Source: Cladosporium halotolerans
Taxonomy: Eukaryota
NCBI RefSeq assembly: GCF_011745625.1
Contig: NW_027191453.1
Location: 372,001-436,000 of the forward strand
Direction: 5' to 3'
Length of the DNA stretch: 64,000 bases
Both the position numbers and the translations under genes were made by a program. Positions 57,305 through 64,000 of this stretch are shown here, in pieces; the stretch's first letter is position 1; every line of letters begins with the position of its first letter. The notes under the pieces are model-generated. The model searched no databases. It was not told the origin of the DNA and worked only from the letters and a program-made list of their open reading frames with translations.

Positions 57305-58351
57305 ATGGCGTCTACTATGAAGGCTCTCGTCAGCGTCGGCAAGGCTGCAGAGGTCCAGGAAATCCCCATTCCTCAACCCGGCTTCGGCGAAATCGTTGTT
57401 AAGACACACTACGTTGCGCAGAATCCAACGGATTGGAAGGCTGTGTCTATGGTTCCCCCTGGCCGTACAGTTGGATGCGACTTTGCCGGCGAGGTCTACG
57501 ACAACAATGGTTCCCACTGGAGGCCTGGCCAGCGCGTCTCCGGTTTCGTCCAGGGCACCGCTACCGACCCTCCTCGCGGCGCATTCGCTGAGTATCTGGT
57601 CATTGAGGCCAGCTTAGTCTATCCTATCCCGGATTCAACCTCTTATCAGGAAGCTTCCGTCCTCCCTCTGCCTATCGCGACTGCCATCCAGGCTATGTTC
57701 CAGCGCTTGAACATGCCTGAGCCCTCCAAGCCGGCTAAGACCACCTTCCCTTTCCTCGTCAACGGTGGCACTAGCAGCGTCGGCAAATACGCTGTTCAGC
57801 TTGGAAAGATGGCTGGAGCTTACGTGATCGCCACCGGTTCTAAGAAGAACCACGATTTGCTGCTGTCTCTGGGTGCAGATGCAGCCATTGACTACAATGA
57901 CGCCGACTGGCCCGAGCAGGTCCGCAAGAAGTCCCATGATGGCCTCGAGCATGTCCTTGACTGTATCGCCGAGAATGGCACTCCCGAGGCCATCGCCAAG
58001 GCCCTCTCACCGACCAAGGGTGGCCACATTGTCACTCTCCTGCCCATCGGCAACGTCAGGCCTCAGGTAGAGAGCATCAACAGCAAGGCCAAGATCGAGA
58101 GCACGATCGTCTACACGGTCTTCCAGCGTCCTCTTCCTTACAAGGCGTTCGACAACTGCGGCGAGGAGACTCCTGACGACAAGGCGATTTGGGAGAAGTA
58201 CCTGCAGATGATCCCTGGCTGGCTCCAGAACAACAAGATCAAGCCCAACCGCGTCAAGGAGATGGGCACGATTGACGACATCAACACCGGTTTCAAGCTG
58301 CAGCAGGAAGGCAAGGTTAGCGCGGAGAAGCTGGTTTACAGGATTGCTTAG
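57305..58351 (+). CDS. MDR-family enoyl reductase-like oxidoreductase (ToxD/LovC-like)
   Basis: VAQNPTDWK, GCDFAGEV, GAFAEY, NGGTSSVGKYAVQL and GKVSAEKLVY. Confidence 0.9.
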   Translation: MASTMKALVSVGKAAEVQEIPIPQPGFGEIVVKTHYVAQNPTDWKAVSMVPPGRTVGCDFAGEVYDNNGSHWRPGQRVSGFVQGTATDPPRGAFAEYLVIEASLVYPIPDSTSYQEASVLPLPIATAIQAMFQRLNMPEPSKPAKTTFPFLVNGGTSSVGKYAVQLGKMAGAYVIATGSKKNHDLLLSLGADAAIDYNDADWPEQVRKKSHDGLEHVLDCIAENGTPEAIAKALSPTKGGHIVTLLPIGNVRPQVESINSKAKIESTIVYTVFQRPLPYKAFDNCGEETPDDKAIWEKYLQMIPGWLQNNKIKPNRVKEMGTIDDINTGFKLQQEGKVSAEKLVYRIA

Positions 58352-58583
58352 ATCGAGTATCGATTACAAACGCAAAGATCTAGTATATACATAATGATAT
58401 TATGAGAAGCGATCTGACCTTCCATGCTCTATGATGCCCTCAGTCGCCGTTTTCTATGGTGAAATGTCGTTGGCCACCCAAATCCCATTCATCTGCACCA
58501 TGCTGTAATCAAAGCCACCAACGCCACGCTATTCAAATCAAAATAAACTACAGAGTTGAGAATTGTTCAGAGGACAGTAGAGC

Positions 58584-60236
58584 TCAGACCTTCGCCGGCG
58601 GCAGCTGATTCACCTGTCCTGCTTTCTTCATGTTGCTCAGCCTGTCGGCCTGTTCGATCTTCCAATTCTTGATCGCTTCCCGGCCCTTGATACCAGCAAC
58701 AGCGTGGCCCAAACCTTGAGATCTGGCATCCCTGCCTTCTCCGCTGGTACCATCAATTTCCCTCCAACTGCCCCTGCCTGGCTGACGGCCCAACGCTCTT
58801 GCTTGTCGCACTGCGCCGCTTTCGCCCCACATGCTAACACGCTGCACTTTTCGTAGACGGCGCAGGCCCCAAACAACAGAGACAACGGTCAGGACGGCGC
58901 AGAGGCCAGAGATACCGAAGAAGCCGTAGTTGGTCTCCTCGATAAAGTTCTCCAAGTTCATGCCGTACAAAGCCGCAATGAACATGCCGACGGTCGTTCC
59001 AAGAGTCAGAATGGAGAATTTGAGATCTAGCAGCATTAGACTGTTGCGGTTGGCGTCCAAGATGGCACGGATGATCTCTTCGGTGTTCTTGATTGAAGAC
59101 ACCAAGTTCGAGCTCACTTGAACAATTTCGTCCGCGAACTTGTGGTAAGATTCCAGGATGAGTTCAACTTCGTCGTGGTTGTCTTCCTCGCGCTCAGTAC
59201 CATTGGCTTTTTCGGTAAGATACATGTCCGCGAGATCATCGTCTGCCTCGAGCAGATCTTCGATAGCATCGCGAACCAACCGAGCCTTTTGCTCGAACGT
59301 GCCGAGCTTCTTCGAGTAGATGAGCAAATGCCTCAGCTTGTCCCTGTCAATGTCCTCTTCCAGTTCCCTCAAGACGTTTATCACGGGGTCCCGGACACCC
59401 TCGAACTCGCTCTCCAAACCAGCCGTAACAGAAATGAGGACGGCTTCGAGCGCGCGGAACTCATAGGGCAACGCGCCACCAGCGGTAGAAGAAGTCTGCT
59501 TCTGTCTCAACTTGCCCTCCAAGTCGTACATGAACAGACTTTGCGCATATGAATCTGTGCTCCCATACACATCAAATACCAAGACGCGGTTGTGCTTGAT
59601 CAAACATCTGATGTGCAGCAAGTTTATCATGATCGCGCTTGGCCGGACCAGTATGTGCGGCAGGACAGAACTGTCGATCTTCCTCAGATCGCGCGGCATG
59701 AGCGAATATTTGGCAATCAGCTCTTGTTTCTTGAACTCGCCGTTGACCAGCACGACGTTTCCGTTCCCATCAAACTCGGTGCAGCGAAGCTTCAGATCCG
59801 TGCTCGGCTTGATATTCCTGCCTCCCAGCCCTTGTGGGTCGTCCAGTAGGTCCTGAAACGGAAGAAGGCCATTGTCGCGGAATCGCTCTGCGGCTGTCGT
59901 TCTTGGGGGTGATCTCAAGCGGCGCCAGAATGTCCCCTGGAGTCCGGGCGAAGTCGAAAGGAGTCGCTGGGATTGCGACGATTTGACCGGGGAGCTGACA
60001 GTCGAGTTAAAGCGTCGGCGTATTGACGTGGGTCTCGCTTTGTTTTCTGTACAATTGCGCGCGGCACTGCTAAGACGTTGTCGTACGGCTGCGCATTCTG
60101 TCGAAGTGGTGAAAGCTCGACGAGCAGTCTTCGAATTGGGTAAAGAACGGCAGGCGGGTTGCTGAGGGCCTAATTGGCATCGCAAGAAATGCAAGAGCGA
60201 TGCCGAAGGTATGGGCGAGCCATGAGTGGCTTTCAT
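58584..60236 (-). CDS. MRS2: Mitochondrial inner-membrane Mg2+ transporter (CorA/Mrs2/Lpe10)
   Basis: Presequence; LRCTEFD..GNV, LMPRDLRKID, LPYEFRALEA, LDANRNSLMLLDL and YGMNL (GMN motif), two TM helices. MRS2 versus LPE10 is not resolved. Confidence 0.92.
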   Translation of the reverse strand: MKATHGSPIPSASLLHFLRCQLGPQQPACRSLPNSKTARRAFTTSTECAAVRQRLSSAARNCTENKARPTSIRRRFNSTVSSPVKSSQSQRLLSTSPGLQGTFWRRLRSPPRTTAAERFRDNGLLPFQDLLDDPQGLGGRNIKPSTDLKLRCTEFDGNGNVVLVNGEFKKQELIAKYSLMPRDLRKIDSSVLPHILVRPSAIMINLLHIRCLIKHNRVLVFDVYGSTDSYAQSLFMYDLEGKLRQKQTSSTAGGALPYEFRALEAVLISVTAGLESEFEGVRDPVINVLRELEEDIDRDKLRHLLIYSKKLGTFEQKARLVRDAIEDLLEADDDLADMYLTEKANGTEREEDNHDEVELILESYHKFADEIVQVSSNLVSSIKNTEEIIRAILDANRNSLMLLDLKFSILTLGTTVGMFIAALYGMNLENFIEETNYGFFGISGLCAVLTVVSVVWGLRRLRKVQRVSMWGESGAVRQARALGRQPGRGSWREIDGTSGEGRDARSQGLGHAVAGIKGREAIKNWKIEQADRLSNMKKAGQVNQLPPAKV

Positions 60237-60517
60237 CGCTTGTATGCGACTGCGATGATGCCGGTAACAAAACAAATCTGCCTACACTACCGTCCGCCTC
60301 GCTGATGTCAAGATCCATGATCGCCGTTCCAAAAATCCCAGTCGAGACTTTTGCACATCAAGCTCAGCCCGCGACTTATGGCCCACCGATAACCGATAAC
60401 GAGAAAGTCAACCAACCGACGGCTTCTTTGCGCAAGAGCGGTTCCTACGCCTGTCGCAAAAATTCACCACACTTCAAACCACGTCCACGAATCCAATGCC
60501 GCAGAGTAGAGCGCGTA

Positions 60518-62521
60518 ATGTCGACGCTCATCAGTTCTGCCACGTCGGGCAAGAAGGCGGCGCCTAAAGCGCCTCCGCGCCGCCGCCCCGCCGGACCACC
60601 ACCACCGTCTGCTAAACCTGCGCCGAAACCCGTTGAAACCACCCTCGAAGATGCCGCGAGCTCGAATGTTGAGCCATCACTAGACGCACCTCCACCGACC
60701 CCTCCCCAGACCCAGCAGTCACCAGCGCGACCATCTGTAGACTCGCAACATGTACGATTCGCCGAGCCCGTGACGATTTCGCAACAAGTTTCTCAGCCCA
60801 CTGGAGTATCCGCACCTGAGCAGAATGGCGCAGTAGCTACGATTGAAGATCGAGCAAAAGATTCGAGCGCGCCAGTCCAGCAAAGTGAAGCCCAGCAACA
60901 AGTAGCGACTGTAGACGCCGACGCTGTTCCCCAAGGCGTATCTGATGGGACTCCCCCTCCTACGAATCCTGCCCAGCCCGAAGTTACCACCCCGCAACAG
61001 ACATCACGTTCGGCGAAGCGTGCGCGACCATCAGGGCCGTCTACAGCAGAATCGCAGGCAAGGAAGGCTCCGAAGCGTAGTAGCGCACGAAGCAATGCGA
61101 AAGTACAAGCGCAAGTTGAAGACACCAATGTACCTGAGCCGTCGCAAACGCCGCGCCGACCTCCAGTGGCGCGTATGACGGCCACCAGCCAGAAGGCTAC
61201 GGATGCGTCTTCCGGGCAAGATGCGGGGCATGTTGAAGACCAAGCGAATGTTGAATCTCAGGGTGTCAAGAAGGCTCCTGCAAAGCGCAAAACTCGCAAG
61301 GTGAAAACGCCAGCGCGGGTTGACGAAGAGGAGGGCTTGAATGGTGAGGCAGGGCAAGATTCAGCAGCCAAACCGAAGAAGCCTCGCAAACCACGCCAGA
61401 AGCGTGCCCCGGCCAAGTCCAAAGCACAAAGTTCACCCACAGAAGGCAGTCCAGACGCTGCAGAGGCGGCGGCTGATGGAGCAGCCGCTGAAGATCAGCA
61501 GCCTGATGAGCCTGATCCGGAGCTTCACGAGATCGATCCAGAAGCCCTGTCGATGTACAATATCACAAAACATAAACGATACGGCAAAACTTCAGAACGC
61601 GAAAAGAAGATGGCCGAGATCGACTGGGATGAAGTCAAGCGCAGAAGACGACTTGAGGCGGAGGGCGTTATTAGCGAGGAACCACAAGTCTCGTCCCAGC
61701 AAAAGCAAATAGGAAACGGAGAGTCGACTGAAGATGCAGATGGCAATGCTGCGGCGAGCAAACAGGAAGCTGCAGAGACTCGCGCAGTGCAAGGTGGACT
61801 CGGCTTCCGCGTCGTCAATGGCGAGATTGTGGAAGACGAAGATACTCTTCAGATCGATCGCCGCGCACAGGCGCAAGCCGAGATCGCTTTGCAGGCACCT
61901 GTAGAGGAAGAAAACGACCTGACACGATTCCATAACAGAACGACCTACATGAACGATCGGAAACGCGATGAAAAGGATCGCGTGCCTGTTTGGAAGTCTA
62001 AAAGTGATCCTTGGAACGAGGAGGAGACTGATCGCTTCTATGAAGCATTGAAAAACTGGGGTACTGACTTCCAGATCATCAGCCAACTGTTTCCTCCCAA
62101 GACTCGGATGCAGATTAAGAAGAAGTTTAACCGAGAGGAGCGTCTTGATCCAGAGCGTGTCAATGCTGCGCTTTTGGGTAAGGATGTTGTCCGCATGGAT
62201 CTGAACGCCTATGCCCAAGCGGCCAACCTCGACATTTCCGAGTTCAACAAGTTTGACAGTCTGGAACATGCGCAAACCATCATCAGCGAGAGCATGCGCG
62301 ATAAGGAAGAGGCCATGCGGGTTGCCGTCAAGGAAGCGGAGGAGACAGAGAGACAGCGGGCTGTCCAGGAGGCTCAGAAGAAGAAGGGGCGTGAAGCAGC
62401 TGAGTCAAGGAAGAAGCTCACCCAAGCTAAGAAGGCCATGCGCGCTAAAGGCCTGGTTTGGGGAGCCGGTACGTTTGGCGGTTTCGGTGGCGGTGACGAC
62501 GATACTGGAGGTGAGAGCTGA
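60518..62521 (+). CDS. BDP1: TFIIIB B'' subunit Bdp1 (SANT/Myb domain)
   Basis: FRVVNGEIVEDEDTLQIDR and WNEEETDRFYEALKNWGTDFQIISQLFPPKTRMQIKKKFNREER; likely start MSTLISS at 60518. Confidence 0.9.
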   Translation: MSTLISSATSGKKAAPKAPPRRRPAGPPPPSAKPAPKPVETTLEDAASSNVEPSLDAPPPTPPQTQQSPARPSVDSQHVRFAEPVTISQQVSQPTGVSAPEQNGAVATIEDRAKDSSAPVQQSEAQQQVATVDADAVPQGVSDGTPPPTNPAQPEVTTPQQTSRSAKRARPSGPSTAESQARKAPKRSSARSNAKVQAQVEDTNVPEPSQTPRRPPVARMTATSQKATDASSGQDAGHVEDQANVESQGVKKAPAKRKTRKVKTPARVDEEEGLNGEAGQDSAAKPKKPRKPRQKRAPAKSKAQSSPTEGSPDAAEAAADGAAAEDQQPDEPDPELHEIDPEALSMYNITKHKRYGKTSEREKKMAEIDWDEVKRRRRLEAEGVISEEPQVSSQQKQIGNGESTEDADGNAAASKQEAAETRAVQGGLGFRVVNGEIVEDEDTLQIDRRAQAQAEIALQAPVEEENDLTRFHNRTTYMNDRKRDEKDRVPVWKSKSDPWNEEETDRFYEALKNWGTDFQIISQLFPPKTRMQIKKKFNREERLDPERVNAALLGKDVVRMDLNAYAQAANLDISEFNKFDSLEHAQTIISESMRDKEEAMRVAVKEAEETERQRAVQEAQKKKGREAAESRKKLTQAKKAMRAKGLVWGAGTFGGFGGGDDDTGGES

Positions 62522-62905
62522 GCCCAGAGGCCACCACGTGGAGCCACGATTACAGTAGCGGCTCCTACGCACTGGAACTCCTCTTGCTGGGACCTGCGGG
62601 ATTTGCCATGATCATATGACCATCCGTACACAGTAATGAAAATGATCAACATTGAATCTGTTCAAGCCTACTGACGTGACGACCCTTTCCTCAAAATGGT
62701 CCGCCGAGAAGTGCATGCAGCGTTGCAGAGAACGTATACTGTACATACAGGGACCGCAAACAAATGCCTTAGCATTAAACGCAGGAAAACGCCGTGTCGA
62801 ACGCCCATAGGTATCATTAACTCCAATCCTCCAAGCATCTCCGCAAGTAAATCCCGTCCGCCACACTATCTCCCGGTTTCTGATGCAATGCGCCCGCCAT
62901 GTAGT

Positions 62906-63291
62906 CTACCGCAGCGCAATCTCGCCGCCCGCTCGCTGTCTCTGGTGGAGGAAAGCCTGACTGCCGCAGAAGAGAAGGAAGACCTGATAGTTGTGTCAGC
63001 GCATGTGCTCCGCTCGCCCCAATGTTGTACCAAGGACCCGGAACATACACCGTATACCACGACCGCGCCAAACACTGCAGCCGCTACTCCCTTGCCATCT
63101 TTCGGGTCCTCAGTCGAACCCATCATGGCGTGGTTGCCGCTGGCGAACATGCTGCCAATAACGCTGAGGATGACAATAGCGAAGACAGAAATGACGATGC
63201 TGTTTCCCACCCTGTCAGTATACTTTCTTTCTCCGCCTGTTTCTTGTTCGTACCATGTCCATGCGTTGAAGGCGGATACAACGGGCTTCAT
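62906..63291 (-). CDS. V-ATPase V0 subunit f (RNASEK / yeast YPR170W-B homologue), 3 exons
   Basis: Exons 63291-63254, 63199-63049 and 62983-62906 give MKPVVSAFNAWTCIVISVFAIVILSVIGSMF...GSTEDP...VFGAVVVYGVFLLFCGSQAFLH...IALR. Confidence 0.85.
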
Positions 63292-63670
63292 GTTTGCTGG
63301 TTCTGTCGAGGTGTTGCCTTATCGGCGGGTCGAGGAGGTGATGGGTGGGCGGTCAGGCAGTCGACCGGGTTTTGCTTAGTCGCGTGGAGTATATTGATGC
63401 GCCGGTTGTACTGCTGAGGACACAAGAGGTGTAGCGGTGGGTTAGGGTGCCTGTGATGTGAGTGTTCGAAGGATGATGCTCACGCCGTGAGCCTCACCAG
63501 CGGCAGCCGGCAGCTTCCCAGGATCGGCGCTCGGACTTGCTTCGGCAGCTGGCAGCCAGCATCCCCCTCCTAAACACATCGCCAGCATATTGAAAGTACC
63601 TGAAGACTGCAACCAGCCTCTATTCCACTCCAGATCCGCAAAGACACCCCCGGGTGCGCCTACCTTCGCG

Positions 63671-64000
63671 ATGCTTTCTGGCGTGCTGCTCTTCAACCAG
63701 AAGGGCGAGCTCCTCATCATGCGTGCTTTCCGCCAGGACATGCGTCCTCGACTCGCTGATGTCTTTCGGATTCAGGTCATATCGAATGCTCAGATCCGGT
63801 CGCCTATTCTCACACTGGGAAGCACGACGTTCTCTCACATCAAGAGCGAGAACATCTACATCGTCGGTGTTAGCAAGGGAAATGTAAACAGCGCGCTTGT
63901 CTTCGAGTTTCTCTACAAGCTCGTGAATCTGGGCCGGAGTTACTTTGGACGGTTCGATGAGGAGGCTGTAAAGAGCAACTTCGTCATGATTTACGAACTA
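63671..64000 (+). CDS. APM4: AP-2 adaptor complex mu subunit, 5' part (runs off the window)
   Basis: MLSGVLLFNQKGELLIMRAFRQDMRPRLADVFRIQVISNAQIRSPILTLGSTTFSH...ALVFEFLY...FDEEAVKSNFVMIYEL; missing from the ORF track because it has no stop in the window. Confidence 0.93.
   Translation, partial: MLSGVLLFNQKGELLIMRAFRQDMRPRLADVFRIQVISNAQIRSPILTLGSTTFSHIKSENIYIVGVSKGNVNSALVFEFLYKLVNLGRSYFGRFDEEAVKSNFVMIYEL

Noticed and set aside
45817..58351. Possible secondary-metabolite or itaconate cluster (PrpF, enoyl reductase, nearby Zn2Cys6 factor)
   Set aside because: There is no PKS, NRPS, decarboxylase or transporter, and the genes are interspersed with housekeeping genes (RPN6, CAP20, dim-2).
1..64000. 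Stop-codon readthrough (TGA CTA) peroxisomal extensions, tRNA/rRNA genes, transposons and RIP-degraded AT-rich blocks
   Set aside because: None of the called stops I checked has the TGACTA context, and I saw no tRNA boxes, transposase or RT motifs, terminal repeats or AT-rich blocks by eye. tRNAscan-SE and Infernal were not run.

Overview
This is a gene-dense eukaryotic window from a filamentous ascomycete. Short GT-AG introns with CTRAC-type branch points and the gene content suggest Dothideomycetes, probably Capnodiales/Mycosphaerellales (inference). About 27 protein-coding genes can be supported: RAD3/XPD, GH131, a secreted two-domain 16-Cys protein absent from the ORF track, a carnitine carrier, a PTH11-like membrane protein, three F-box/2EXR-like paralogues, a TPR-SET protein, the complex I 23-kDa subunit, RRP14, an amino-acid permease, malic enzyme, a HAM1/BPI-like protein, RTG2, a Zn2Cys6 factor, PrpF, RPN6, CAP20/perilipin, DIM-2, an enoyl reductase, MRS2, BDP1, V-ATPase subunit f, the start of AP-2 mu and two hypothetical proteins. 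I saw no tRNA, rRNA, CRISPR array, intact transposon or RIP-like AT block. Notable observations: (1) about ten ~1-kb strand-symmetric composition domains (C/A-rich left arm, CpG-rich core, G/T-rich right arm) that override codon usage and run into UTRs; (2) a secreted protein built from a duplicated 8-Cys domain with duplicated introns, a Kex2-type KR site and an apparently broken splice acceptor; (3) a 1-bp frameshift in the DIM-2 catalytic domain; (4) a triplicated exon+intron unit in a 5' UTR; (5) a terminal intron that would swap the malic enzyme C-terminus between two S-x-L endings. All calls come from reading the sequence; no searches or computations were run.
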